64,000 nt of DNA. Source: an uncultured Pseudogracilibacillus sp. (GTDB lineage Bacteria; Bacillota; Bacilli; Bacillales; Amphibacillaceae). Under the pieces are notes generated by a model. It searched no databases. It was not told the DNA's origin and saw nothing but the letters and a program-made list of their open reading frames with translations. The first letter of the stretch is position 1. Every line of letters begins with the position of its first letter. Location: the NCBI GenBank assembly GCA_937960785.1, contig CALGOZ010000115.1:446-64445 (forward strand), read 5' to 3'. Below, one piece after another: positions 40,522 to 50,621 of this stretch. Both the position numbers and the translations under genes were made by a program.

Positions 40522-40531
40522 GAGGATTATC

Positions 40532-41332
40532 ATGTTAACTACATTAGATTTACTTAAGATGAAAAAAGATGGTAACAAAATTACGATGGTGACAGCTTAT
40601 GATTATCCATCAGCAAAACAGGTCGAGGCTGCGAATGCTGATATGATTTTAGTTGGAGATTCGTTAGGTATGGTTGTCTTAGGTTATGATTCGACAACGA
40701 AAGTAACATTAGAAGATATGATCCATCATACAAAAGCTGTTAAGCGAGGTGCACCGAATACGTTTATCGCTGTCGATATGCCCTTTATGACTTACCATGC
40801 TTCAGTTGAACAATCCGTTAATAATGCTACAAAGCTTTTTCAAAAAACGGACGCCCATGCAGTAAAAATTGAAGGACGAACAGCTCATACCTTAACGTTA
40901 ATAGAGCGTTTAACTGACGGTGGAATTCCAGTTATTGGACATTTAGGTTTGACACCACAACACGTTCATGTCCTCGGTGGCTTCCGAGTGCAAGGTCGCG
41001 ATGAAGCAACACGTCAAAAGATTAAAGAGGATGCTATAGCAATAGCTGAAAGTGGTGCTGTAGCAATTGTGTTAGAAGGAATTCCAGAAGACTTAGGAAA
41101 GGAAATTACAGAAGCTATTCATGTTCCTACTATCGGTATCGGGGCAGGTATTCATTGTGATGGACAAGTCCTTGTATACCACGATATGTTAAAATATGGC
41201 ACGGACCGTTTTCCTAAATTCGTTAAAAATTATGGTGATTTTGATACAATAGGAGTAGAAGGGATCGCTCGATATGTTGAAGAAGTAAAGAACAAACAAT
41301 TCCCTACAAAAGATCATACGTACAATGCATAA
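40532..41332 (+). CDS. panB: 3-methyl-2-oxobutanoate hydroxymethyltransferase
   Basis: KITMVTAYDYPSAK, LVGDSLGMVVLGYDST, and HLGLTPQ. 266 aa. Confidence 0.9.
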   Translation: MLTTLDLLKMKKDGNKITMVTAYDYPSAKQVEAANADMILVGDSLGMVVLGYDSTTKVTLEDMIHHTKAVKRGAPNTFIAVDMPFMTYHASVEQSVNNATKLFQKTDAHAVKIEGRTAHTLTLIERLTDGGIPVIGHLGLTPQHVHVLGGFRVQGRDEATRQKIKEDAIAIAESGAVAIVLEGIPEDLGKEITEAIHVPTIGIGAGIHCDGQVLVYHDMLKYGTDRFPKFVKNYGDFDTIGVEGIARYVEEVKNKQFPTKDHTYNA

Positions 41333-41361
41333 TAGTTGAAAGGATAAGCAGGTAAATTACA

Positions 41362-42231
41362 ATGAAAATTATACGAACGATTAATGAAATGAAAACACAA
41401 TTAAATAAAGTGAAAGATAAAAGTGTCGGCTTTGTTCCGACGATGGGCTATTTACACGAAGGACATCTATCATTAGTACGAAAAGCCCGTGAGGAAAACG
41501 ATATCGTCGTCATGAGTATTTTCGTTAATCCATTACAGTTTGGACCAAATGAAGATTTCGATCGATATCCTCGGGATGAAGAACATGATAAAACAGCCGC
41601 AGAACAATCAGGAGTCGATTTTCTATTTATTCCAACAGTTGACACAATGTATCCTGAGAAATTAAATATCGAAATCAAAGTTACAAAAGGTACTGACGTC
41701 CTTTGTGGTCGTTCTCGTCCAGGACATTTCGATGGTGTGGCAACGGTTTTAATGAAGTTATTTCATATCGTTGAACCAAACCAAACTTACTTCGGATTAA
41801 AAGATGCGCAACAATTTTCCGTCGTAAATACACTTATAACTCAATTAAACTTTCCGATTCGTTTAGTCGGTTTACCAACTGTTCGCGAAGAAGATGGTCT
41901 TGCAAAGAGTAGTCGTAACGTTTATTTATCGGAGAAGGAAAGAAAAGAATCGACAATTTTATATAAATCATTACAACTCGGTCAGCAATTAGTTAAAGAT
42001 GGTTGTAAAAACAGTAAAAAGATTGTCGAGAAAGTAAAGGCATATATTCACGAAAATACAAGCGCAACAATTGACTATGTCGAGCTTTTAAGTTATCCTG
42101 ACCTAAATCCAATAGAAGAGATTAATGAGCAAATTATTATAGCTATTGCTGTGCATTATGAACGTGCACGATTAATTGACAATATTATTTTAAGTCCTGA
42201 AGGAAAGCAAATTGACACTATAATAAAGTAA
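41362..42231 (+). CDS. panC: pantoate--beta-alanine ligase
   Basis: [31 protein letters not shown], and SSRN. 289 aa. Confidence 0.9.
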   Translation: MKIIRTINEMKTQLNKVKDKSVGFVPTMGYLHEGHLSLVRKAREENDIVVMSIFVNPLQFGPNEDFDRYPRDEEHDKTAAEQSGVDFLFIPTVDTMYPEKLNIEIKVTKGTDVLCGRSRPGHFDGVATVLMKLFHIVEPNQTYFGLKDAQQFSVVNTLITQLNFPIRLVGLPTVREEDGLAKSSRNVYLSEKERKESTILYKSLQLGQQLVKDGCKNSKKIVEKVKAYIHENTSATIDYVELLSYPDLNPIEEINEQIIIAIAVHYERARLIDNIILSPEGKQIDTIIK

Positions 42232-42245
42232 GGGGAATAAAGATC

Positions 42246-42629
42246 ATGTTTCGTACTATGATGAAATCAAAAATTCATCGTGCTCGGGTAACCGAAGCTG
42301 ATTTAAACTATGTAGGAAGTATTACAATTGATGCTGATTTACTCGATGAAGTTGATATTTTACCAAATGAAAAGGTTCAAATCGTAAACAATAATAACGG
42401 TGCTCGTTTTGAAACGTATGTAATTCCAGGAAAACGTGGCTCTGGGGTTATTTGCGTAAATGGTGCTGCAGCCCGGTTAGTCGAAGAAGGTGACGTTATT
42501 ATCATTATCGCTTATGCTTTAGTAAACGATGAAGAATTGCACGACTTTCGACCAAAAATTGCGATTATGAATGAACATAACGAAATTGAACAGTTTATAG
42601 AAGAAGAACCGCCATTTACAGTTATGTAA
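42246..42629 (+). CDS. panD: aspartate 1-decarboxylase
   Basis: [29 protein letters not shown], including the self-processing G-S site. 127 aa. Confidence 0.9.
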   Translation: MFRTMMKSKIHRARVTEADLNYVGSITIDADLLDEVDILPNEKVQIVNNNNGARFETYVIPGKRGSGVICVNGAAARLVEEGDVIIIIAYALVNDEELHDFRPKIAIMNEHNEIEQFIEEEPPFTVM

Positions 42630-42693
42630 AAGATTCACATTGTAGTTGTCATTATTTAACAATTCATTTATAATAGAGAAGCGTGTTGATATT

Positions 42694-43227
42694 ATGATCC
42701 AAAATAAAATTCAAATTAACTGGAAAAGAGTACTTTTATATGTACTCTTGTTTTGTATTCTTATTATCATATTTTATTTAGTGTTAACTTTTAGGCAAAT
42801 TTACAAAAGTAAAGTCGAACGATTCGATAAAGTTGAAGCTTTCGTTTATGAGCATACTACAGTCAATTCGATTGAAAATATAGAATATTTCCAAGATGAG
42901 GAAGGATATTATACATTAATCGCTGAAGATAGGACTGGAGAAAAAGTATATGTCTTTTTACGAGATGATAAAAAGTTTTCAAAAAATCATTTATACATCG
43001 TCAAAGCAAAGGATATGGTTGCTCCTGAAAGTTTGGAATCAGAATTAAAAAGCGATTGTATAAGTTGTGAACTAATTCGTTCGACACCGGCAATGATTGA
43101 CGGTATACCTTTATGGGAGTTAACTTATATCGATAATGACGATCGTTACGTAATCGAATATAAATATTTAGAAAATGGCAAAACTTATGAAAAATTACGC
43201 CTTTCTAGAAAATATAAAAAGGAATGA
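42694..43227 (+). CDS. membrane-anchored PepSY-like protein (YpmB-like)
   Basis: N-terminal TM helix then a soluble domain, about 177 aa from ATG 42694. Lies directly upstream of and overlapping aspB, as ypmB does. Confidence 0.55.
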   Translation: MIQNKIQINWKRVLLYVLLFCILIIIFYLVLTFRQIYKSKVERFDKVEAFVYEHTTVNSIENIEYFQDEEGYYTLIAEDRTGEKVYVFLRDDKKFSKNHLYIVKAKDMVAPESLESELKSDCISCELIRSTPAMIDGIPLWELTYIDNDDRYVIEYKYLENGKTYEKLRLSRKYKKE

Positions 43228-43232
43228 TGTAT

Positions 43233-44423
43233 ATGCAATTATCAAACCGCGTACTGGCGCTATCCCCATCATCAACATTAGCAATACAAGCAACAGCTAA
43301 ACAATTACGAGATGAGGGTCATGACGTAATTGGGCTCGGGGTTGGTGAACCTGATTTTAATACACCACAATATATACTCGATGCAGCTCAAGAGGCAATG
43401 AATAAGGGTGAAACAAAATATACACCATCCGGTGGAATCTTACCTTTAAAAGATGCAATCATCGAAAAATTGAAAGCGGATAACAATCTCACGTATACAA
43501 GGGATGAAATAGTTGTCACAACAGGGGCTAAATATGCTTTATACGCTTCTTTTCAAGCCTTATTAAACGATGGTGATGAAGTAATTATTCCAACACCTTA
43601 TTGGGTGAGCTACATCGAACATGTAAAGTTAGCCGGAGGTGAGCCAGTTTTTATTGAAGGCTTTGAATCAAATGACTTTAAAATTACTGCCGAACAATTA
43701 GAAAAGGCAATTACTCCGAAAACAAAAGTATTAATTTTAAATTCACCGAGCAATCCGACAGGAATGATTTATACAGAAGAAGAGTTGAAGAAACTTGGCG
43801 AAATTTGCCTTAAACATAACTTAACCATTGTTTCCGATGAAATTTATGAAAAATTGATTTACACAGAAGACCCTCACATATCCATTGCCGCTATATCACC
43901 AGAGTTAAAAAAGCAAACGATCGTCATCAACGGGGTTAGCAAATCCCATGCAATGACCGGTTGGCGTATCGGTTATGCAGCAGGACCAGAACATTTAATT
44001 AACGCAATGACAAACCATGCTTCTCATGCAGTGTCAAATCCGACCTCAATCGCACAGTATGCAGCGTTAGAAGCTTATGCTAATAAAGAAGAAGATAATA
44101 AAATTTATGCTGAAATGAAGTCAGTTTTCTCCGAACGATTAGATTGTTTTTATGAATTAATTAATGATATTCCGGGATTATCTTGTAGAAAGCCTAAAGG
44201 CGCCTTTTATATTTTTCCAAACGCTACTAAGGCTGTAGAAAGAGGAGGCTTTGACTCGGTAGATGATTGGGTTAAAGCGCTTTTAGAGGAAGAAAAGGTA
44301 GCCCTCGTACCTGGAAGTGCTTTTGGAGCACCAGATAATGTGCGCTTATCTTATGCAACTTCTCTTGATTTACTAGAGGAAGCAGCAGAGCGTATTAAAC
44401 GATTTGTTGAACGACATAGTTAA
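43233..44423 (+). CDS. aspB: aspartate aminotransferase
   Basis: Class I aminotransferase with GVGEPDFNTP, NSPSNPTG, and the PLP Lys in GVSKSHAMTGWRIGY. The C-terminus RLSYATSLDLLEEAAERIKRFV is close to B. subtilis AspB. Confidence 0.9.
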   Translation: MQLSNRVLALSPSSTLAIQATAKQLRDEGHDVIGLGVGEPDFNTPQYILDAAQEAMNKGETKYTPSGGILPLKDAIIEKLKADNNLTYTRDEIVVTTGAKYALYASFQALLNDGDEVIIPTPYWVSYIEHVKLAGGEPVFIEGFESNDFKITAEQLEKAITPKTKVLILNSPSNPTGMIYTEEELKKLGEICLKHNLTIVSDEIYEKLIYTEDPHISIAAISPELKKQTIVINGVSKSHAMTGWRIGYAAGPEHLINAMTNHASHAVSNPTSIAQYAALEAYANKEEDNKIYAEMKSVFSERLDCFYELINDIPGLSCRKPKGAFYIFPNATKAVERGGFDSVDDWVKALLEEEKVALVPGSAFGAPDNVRLSYATSLDLLEEAAERIKRFVERHS

Positions 44424-44429
44424 ATGATA

Positions 44430-44462
44430 AAGTGTTTCTTCAGAGGAAGAAACACTTTTTTC
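44430..44462 (+). terminator. rho-independent terminator after aspB
   Basis: 12-bp perfect stem aagtgtttcttc / gaagaaacactt, loop agag, T6 run. Confidence 0.85.
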
Positions 44463-44491
44463 ATGTTATACTGGTGTAGAGGTGTGCCGAA

Positions 44492-45181
44492 ATGGATGAT
44501 CATAAACTTTCTTCATTACTACAAAACCAAATCGCTATTCCAGAAAAATTACTTATAAACTATGCTAAAATAGGTTTAGATGAACAAGATGTAATGATCT
44601 TACTGCAATTGCATCGCTTTTTACAACGAGGGATTGACTTTCCAACACCAGGCGAAATAGCTAATACATTAACTATAGATGAAACGGAATGTTCGGCAAA
44701 GTTACGGGATTTATTCCAACGTAATATGATTGATATCATCGAATATAAAAATGAACAAGGTAAAATTAGTGAAGCTTATTCTTTAGAACCACTATGGCAA
44801 CGACTTTTAGGAAAGGAAAAAGATGTCGAGGAAAAAACTAGACAAGAAGAAGGGAATTTATTCGTTTTATTCGAACAAGAATTCGGACGACCTCTTTCAC
44901 CCTTTGAGATTGAGACAATTAGTGTTTGGCTCGATGATGATGGACTAAAGCCAGCATTAATTGTATCTGCTTTAAGAGAAGCTGTTTTAATGGGGAAATT
45001 AAATTTTACATATATTGATCGCATTTTGCGTGAATGGAAACGTAAAGGAATCACCTCTGTTGAACAAGCAAAAGAAGCAACAGATAATTTTCGTAAAACA
45101 AAAACTGTTAAAAAATATAAACCTGAAAAACGGGATCGTTCAATTTATTTCAATTGGTTAGATGGGGATGGGGGAGCATAA
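44492..45181 (+). CDS. dnaD: replication initiation / membrane attachment protein DnaD
   Basis: 229 aa with a DnaD/DnaB_2 C-terminal motif (FEQEFGRPLSPFEIETISVWLDDD...YIDRILREWKRKGI). Followed by nth. Confidence 0.85.
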   Translation: MDDHKLSSLLQNQIAIPEKLLINYAKIGLDEQDVMILLQLHRFLQRGIDFPTPGEIANTLTIDETECSAKLRDLFQRNMIDIIEYKNEQGKISEAYSLEPLWQRLLGKEKDVEEKTRQEEGNLFVLFEQEFGRPLSPFEIETISVWLDDDGLKPALIVSALREAVLMGKLNFTYIDRILREWKRKGITSVEQAKEATDNFRKTKTVKKYKPEKRDRSIYFNWLDGDGGA

Positions 45182-45852
45182 TGTTAAACAAAAAACAAAT
45201 ACGCTATGTCTTAGATACGATGGGGCAGATGTTTCCAAATGCCCACTGTGAATTAATTCATCGAAATCCCTTTGAACTAACGATTGCAGTGCTTCTTTCA
45301 GCGCAAACGACTGACGAAAATGTTAATCGTGTGACGAGGGATTTATTCGAAAAATATAAAACACCGGAAGACTATTTAGCTGTTGATGTAAAAGAATTAG
45401 AAGAAGATATTCGTTCGATTGGATTGTTTCGGACGAAAGCAAAAAACATCCAAAAGCTATGTAAAATGTTAATTGAAGAGTATGATGGAGAAATTCCACA
45501 AACTCGTGAAGAACTAGAGCGTTTTCCGGGTGTAGGTCGGAAAACAGCAAACGTCGTCGTTTCTGTCGCCTTTGGTGTACCCGCAATTGCGGTAGATACT
45601 CACGTAGAACGAGTTGCAAAACGTTTAGGCATCTGTCGTTGGAAAGATTCAGTCCTACAAGTGGAAAAAACTTTAATGAAAAAAATTCCAAAGGAAGAGT
45701 GGAGCATTTCGCACCATCGTTTTATATTTTTCGGTCGTTACCATTGTAAAGCGCAAAATCCGAATTGCGATGCTTGTCCTTTATTAGAAATTTGTCGAGA
45801 AGGACAAAAGCGAATGCGAAAAAGAGAGCGAGAAAGGTTTCACAAAAAGTAA
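45181..45852 (+). CDS. nth: endonuclease III
   Basis: HhH-GPD motif FPGVGRKTANVV and the 4Fe-4S cluster loop C..Q.P.C..C.L...C. ATG 45181 overlaps the dnaD stop (TAATG). Confidence 0.9.
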   Translation: MLNKKQIRYVLDTMGQMFPNAHCELIHRNPFELTIAVLLSAQTTDENVNRVTRDLFEKYKTPEDYLAVDVKELEEDIRSIGLFRTKAKNIQKLCKMLIEEYDGEIPQTREELERFPGVGRKTANVVVSVAFGVPAIAVDTHVERVAKRLGICRWKDSVLQVEKTLMKKIPKEEWSISHHRFIFFGRYHCKAQNPNCDACPLLEICREGQKRMRKRERERFHKK

Positions 45853-46214
45853 GAAACCTAATCTTGTCTTAAGCTTTACTACATAAAGCTATCTACAAGA
45901 AGTAACTAACTTACAAAGTAGTATTTTGCGAGTTAGTTTCTAAACAAAGTACTTATTGGAACGCTCCACTATGTAAGTTTTTGGAAAAAGCATATCAGCT
46001 TTACCAATAGATGACTTGCTTTAAGTAAGTCAATAAATAATGACTTACAGAGAGCCGAAAGCAATGAAGTAAATTTAAAATCTTCCTAGTTCAGAGGAAT
46101 ATTAGTTAAGTGTTATGTTGTGTTATAGTTACTAGAGGCAGATTATGCAATCATATCCAAGAAAGCTAAAAAAACCTATCAAATTAAATAGAAATATTGA
46201 TTATGAGCAAGAAT

Positions 46215-46257
46215 AAATGGACTGAGTTTCTTTTTTATATAGAAACTCAGTCCATTT
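46215..46257. terminator. bidirectional terminator (nth side / ponA side)
   Basis: 17-bp perfect stem aaatggactgagtttct / agaaactcagtccattt with a T-rich loop. Confidence 0.8.
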
Positions 46258-46304
46258 GTTCATTTAGAGGTTAGCTTTTAATGTCTAAGGTTAATTAATT
46301 AAAG

Positions 46305-48935
46305 TTAAGCTTCTCCTTCCTCATCCTCATCTTTTGGTTCATCTTCATTCGGCTCTTCCTCTGGTGGTGGAGTGTCGATTGTAATCGAAGTTGTCTTTGT
46401 ATCGCCACGTCCTTGAGCTGTAACAGGGGTAACAGATATTGTATATGTTTGATTTGGCTCGATATCTGTAATTTGTAAATTAGTTTGTGATAGAGTCTGT
46501 TTTTGACCACCATTTATTACTACTTCAAATTGAGCTTGTGGTCCATCGTAACCCCAACTTACGTTAATTACGTTATTTGTTTCATCATAATTAGCAGTTA
46601 AATTGCCTACAGCAGGTATATCGATTTCTTCTGCTTTTACATTTACATTTACCGAACGAGGTTCACTTGTCACTCCCGACTCTTCATCTTTTGCTATTAC
46701 TTCAATTGTATAGGTTACACCTTCTTCTACAGAACGTATCGTTGCGGATAAGTCCTTCGTAGATGTTAAGTTCCTCTTATTACCTGAATCGACGCTAAAG
46801 TTTACATCGAATATGACATTTTCGGAATCATCATAATCCCAACTAATATTTATTTCATTCGCTCCTTCATCGTAGGTTGCTTTTAAATTACTTACCGGAT
46901 CTAACTTATCTACCTTTGTAGATACAGATGTCGGCTCCGTTCCTTTTACGAATAGTTCTTTTACGACGTTATCAGAAGATGTAAATTCGTTAGCAATAAC
47001 TGGAGGATTCGAACCTTTTTCAATCGCAACTTCAACTACAGAGCTTGGTTTTGTAAAATCTGCTGTTTCAATACCTTCTGAGATTTTTGTCATCGTCTGT
47101 TTAAATATCGCATGTGGTATTTGTGTATTTGGTATAATTCGTGTATTTTCCTTTGGATATCCGGTCCATATCCCAATCGAATAATTCGTTGTATAACCGA
47201 CGAACCAAGAGTTGTTGGCTCCGGATTTTCCTTTTACGTTCGTAGTACCAGTTTTTCCGGCTACGGGCAAGTGAGGGATATTTGCATTTGTTCCGGTACC
47301 GCTCCGGACAACGTCTTTTAGCATGTCTGTAACCATATAGGCTGTATAATCGGCCATTACTGCTTCTGAACTAGGTTTTAAGTCGACGACCGAATCATCT
47401 GGAAATACGACTTTTGTTACCGCATAGGGCTCTGTATAAATACCTTCGTTACCAAAAGCACTAAAGGCTCCTGCTAATTGTAAAGGTGTAACAGACGTTG
47501 CTGTACCTCCGATTGCATCTTGGGGTGCTAAATGTTTGTCAGCGAATTCTATGCCTAAGTTTTCGGCGAACTTTTTCGCTCGGTCTGGACCAATTTCCAT
47601 AAACGTTTTAACAGCTGGTACGTTAAAGGAATGTTTCAATGCTTCTCGAGCAGAAATCCAACCACGATAATTTCGATCCCAGTTACGGATTTCATGACCA
47701 GAACCTGTTCTATAAGGTTTATCATCATTTATTTGATGATAGGTCGACCATTTTTCGTATTCAATCGCAGGTCCGTAAGATAGGATAGGTTTAATCGTCG
47801 AACCTGGCTGACGATCAAGTTTAATCGCATAGTTATCACCCATTACATTCTCACGATTTCGACTTCCGCCGATTGCGCGAATTGCCCCGGTCTTCGTATC
47901 TACTACAGCTACACCAGCTTGTAAATCCTCATCTGGATAAGGAATCGGATTATTTTCACTATCGGTTAATAAAAACTCTACATGTTCTTGAATAGAAGGG
48001 TCTAAATTTGTATGAATTTCTAATCCTGCTGAGAATACATCTACGTCTGGTAATTTTTCTTCAATCTCTTTTATTGCCTGTTGACGAAATGCTTCGTAAG
48101 GTAAAGACTTTGGCTTTTTCTCGGTTAAAACGGACTCCACATCGATCTTACGTGCTTCTTCGGCTTCTTTTTCATCGATTTTATTATGACGGACCATTAA
48201 TGTAAGAACAGTATCGACCCGTTCTTGCATTAAATCCGGATTTTCAAATGGGTTATACGCGGATGGGCGTTGTGGAAGCCCGGCTAACATAGCCGCTTGA
48301 ACTAAGTTAAGCTCATCTAAATCATCGATATCGAAATATACTTCCGCAGCCTTAGCAACTCCATAAGCATTTTGACCATAAAAAATTGTATTTAAATACA
48401 TTTCCAAAATTTGTTCTTTAGAAAATTCCTGTTCTAATTTTATTGCTAACCACTGCTCTTGAACTTTTAGTTTTAATTTTTTTTCAGGAGTTAAAAACAT
48501 ATTTTCAACGACTTGTTGCGTAATCGTACTTGCACCTTCTGAACCAAAACCATGTTTAATATTTGCGATAATTGCACTACCAATCCGTTGTAAATCGATA
48601 CCTCGATGTTTAAAAAAACGGGCATCTTCCGTTGCAATTACAGCGTCAATTAATATATCTGGTAAATCTTCGTACTTTACGTTTGTTCTATTTTCAGTAC
48701 CGATATCGGCGAAGACATTTCCATCTTTATCATAAAATTTTGATGAATAGGGTACATTTAATTTATCTACATCAAGTTTAGGTGCTGTTGCAATGAAATA
48801 ACCGAAAGTTGTTGCAACACCTATGAAGAATAATACAATTAATGTAGAAATGGTGAGTATAATCTTTTTCCAAAGTGGTGTTTTCTTTTTAGCTATTTGC
48901 TTTTTTCGTGCTGTTCGTGACTGCCTTTTTGTCAT
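46305..48935 (-). CDS. ponA: class A penicillin-binding protein 1A/1B (glycosyltransferase + transpeptidase) with C-terminal FN3-like repeats
   Basis: N-terminal TM; GT51 motifs ATEDARFFKHRGID and GASTITQQ; transpeptidase SxxK (GSTIKP), SFN, and KTGTT. 876 aa. Convergent with nth and followed by recU. Confidence 0.9.
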   Translation of the reverse strand: MTKRQSRTARKKQIAKKKTPLWKKIILTISTLIVLFFIGVATTFGYFIATAPKLDVDKLNVPYSSKFYDKDGNVFADIGTENRTNVKYEDLPDILIDAVIATEDARFFKHRGIDLQRIGSAIIANIKHGFGSEGASTITQQVVENMFLTPEKKLKLKVQEQWLAIKLEQEFSKEQILEMYLNTIFYGQNAYGVAKAAEVYFDIDDLDELNLVQAAMLAGLPQRPSAYNPFENPDLMQERVDTVLTLMVRHNKIDEKEAEEARKIDVESVLTEKKPKSLPYEAFRQQAIKEIEEKLPDVDVFSAGLEIHTNLDPSIQEHVEFLLTDSENNPIPYPDEDLQAGVAVVDTKTGAIRAIGGSRNRENVMGDNYAIKLDRQPGSTIKPILSYGPAIEYEKWSTYHQINDDKPYRTGSGHEIRNWDRNYRGWISAREALKHSFNVPAVKTFMEIGPDRAKKFAENLGIEFADKHLAPQDAIGGTATSVTPLQLAGAFSAFGNEGIYTEPYAVTKVVFPDDSVVDLKPSSEAVMADYTAYMVTDMLKDVVRSGTGTNANIPHLPVAGKTGTTNVKGKSGANNSWFVGYTTNYSIGIWTGYPKENTRIIPNTQIPHAIFKQTMTKISEGIETADFTKPSSVVEVAIEKGSNPPVIANEFTSSDNVVKELFVKGTEPTSVSTKVDKLDPVSNLKATYDEGANEINISWDYDDSENVIFDVNFSVDSGNKRNLTSTKDLSATIRSVEEGVTYTIEVIAKDEESGVTSEPRSVNVNVKAEEIDIPAVGNLTANYDETNNVINVSWGYDGPQAQFEVVINGGQKQTLSQTNLQITDIEPNQTYTISVTPVTAQGRGDTKTTSITIDTPPPEEEPNEDEPKDEDEEGEA

Positions 48936-48974
48936 AGCCTTTCCTCCGTTTCACATTATCTGTAATAAAAAGGT

Positions 48975-49571
48975 TTATTCAAAATAGATTCGTTGAACAA
49001 TTGATAAATAATCAACTCTAGCATTATATGTAAACGGAATTTTATATCCATCTTTTTTAATCGTTTCAAAAGGTATAGATTTACGTCCTCCCTTTAACAT
49101 ATTGTCCCAATGAGAGATAATTTTTTCACTTGGGATTAAATATGTTTCGTTGTACATTGTAAATCGAATAATAACAAAACAAATTCCGTCATGTTCTAAA
49201 ACTGCTCGCATATGTTCAATTTGATGTTCATGGAAATTTACGAGGGGGAAAGACGTTTTGTTTTTCGTTTCTTTTGCTTCAAAATCAATATATTTTCCTC
49301 TATAAACACCGTTGTAATCTGTCGTTGCTTTTTGTCGGAAATATCCTTCCGTAATTTTTGCTGCACTTCGTTTTGGATAATCGATATTTACAATTTGAAT
49401 TGGTGTCGGTATTTTATGCACAAGTGCTTTTTTCATCGTAAGATAATATTGATTTGTAGCATTAATATCTTCTTCCAAAGACATTCCGCGATTGGCATAG
49501 TTAACCGGTTGTCTTTTTGAAGCCTGAGTGCTTCTTCGACTTCTTAGGCCTTGAGGATAATTCATGTTCAC
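48975..49571 (-). CDS. recU: Holliday junction resolvase RecU
   Basis: YANRGMSLEEDIN, TPIQIVNIDYPKRSAAKI, TDYNGVYRGKYIDFEAKET, and FHEHQIEHM. 198 aa. Confidence 0.9.
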   Translation of the reverse strand: MNMNYPQGLRSRRSTQASKRQPVNYANRGMSLEEDINATNQYYLTMKKALVHKIPTPIQIVNIDYPKRSAAKITEGYFRQKATTDYNGVYRGKYIDFEAKETKNKTSFPLVNFHEHQIEHMRAVLEHDGICFVIIRFTMYNETYLIPSEKIISHWDNMLKGGRKSIPFETIKKDGYKIPFTYNARVDYLSIVQRIYFE

Positions 49572-49786
49572 TACCTCCTAACATACTATTATAATGGGAT
49601 TAACGATAATGAGCAACGAGATAGAATAGTATTTTTTCGAAAAGGGTTTGAACTTTTGATACAATTGTAATTCTGATGAATTATAAAATATATTATGAAA
49701 AAATTTCAGTTGAAAATATGACTGTCTTATCCGATAATACAGTATAGAATTAAATAATTATTTAACATCGATAAAATTACAATAAG

Positions 49787-50176
49787 GTGATGGATAAAAA
49801 ATTGTTTGAAAAAAAGAAAAACCTACACACTTTATCAAAACAATTAGTAAACTATACGGTCCAATTAGAAAAAATATTTAAGGATTCATCGATTCAGCCA
49901 GAAAATAATGAGCAATTTTTTTCCTTTGTAAAAAAAGAAACAGAGGATATGTTTAAAGATTTAGAAACTTGGGAAAGATTGCTTCAATATTTTCAAGCTC
50001 AAGGTAATACGATTATATTTCAACCAATGCTCGAATCAGCAATCGATAATATGAAAGCCTTAATTATGCATAGTTATTATAAAGATGTACGCCGTCGTCG
50101 TTATATGGAAATAAAACGTTCTTGTGTTTATACATTTCGTTTTGTATTGGAGAAGATTGAAAATGAGTATGGATAA
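49787..50176 (+). CDS. DUF1798/YppE-like helical protein
   Basis: About 128 aa, predicted all-helical. The C-terminal pattern HSYYKDVRRRRYMEIKRSCVYTF resembles what I recall of B. subtilis YppE. Divergent from recU. Start is GTG 49787 or ATG 49790. Confidence 0.4.
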   Translation: MMDKKLFEKKKNLHTLSKQLVNYTVQLEKIFKDSSIQPENNEQFFSFVKKETEDMFKDLETWERLLQYFQAQGNTIIFQPMLESAIDNMKALIMHSYYKDVRRRRYMEIKRSCVYTFRFVLEKIENEYG

Positions 50177-50555
50177 ATTAATTCAAAAAGCTTCTGAAGC
50201 ACAGCAAAATGCTTATGCACCTTATTCGAATTTTAAGGTAGGGGCAGCTCTTTTAACGAAGCTGGATACAATTTTCACTGGTGCAAATATAGAAAACAGC
50301 TCCTATTCGTTAACTTGTTGTGCAGAAAGAATCGCTATTTTCAAAGCTATATCCGAAGGTGAAAGATATTTCAAACGTCTTGTGATCATAGGCGATACGG
50401 AAAAGCCAATTCAACCTTGCGGGGCTTGTCGTCAAGTAATGGCTGAATTTTTCGATGATAAGGTGGAAATTTTGTTAATGAACAATAAAGGGGATAAAGA
50501 ACAGACCACAATCTCAAGGCTATTACCGAGTTCTTTTTCATTATACGATAATTGA
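50163..50555 (+). CDS. cdd: cytidine deaminase
   Basis: Zinc-binding motifs CAERIAIF and PCGACRQVMAEF. 130 aa from ATG 50163, overlapping the upstream ORF by 14 nt. Confidence 0.88.
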   Translation: MSMDKLIQKASEAQQNAYAPYSNFKVGAALLTKLDTIFTGANIENSSYSLTCCAERIAIFKAISEGERYFKRLVIIGDTEKPIQPCGACRQVMAEFFDDKVEILLMNNKGDKEQTTISRLLPSSFSLYDN

Positions 50556-50573
50556 AGCAAGTCAATCTAAAAA

Positions 50574-50606
50574 GCCCCTAAAGGGTACACTCTAGGGGCC
50601 TTTAAT
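50574..50606. terminator. hairpin terminator between convergent cdd and the sortase gene
   Basis: GC-rich 7-bp stem gccccta / taggggc with a 12-nt loop, flanked by an A-run and a T-run. Confidence 0.55.
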
Positions 50607-50621
50607 GAAAAAGTGCTACAT

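Noticed and set aside
45323-45691. 122-aa minus-strand ORF inside nth, the longest antisense ORF in the track
   Set aside because: It lies entirely within the well-supported endonuclease III CDS. It has no RBS and no recognisable domain, and its composition is typical of an antisense read-through frame.
49212-49520. 102-aa plus-strand ORF inside recU
   Set aside because: It is antisense to a clear recU CDS, encodes an F/I/C-rich nonsense-like sequence, and has no RBS.
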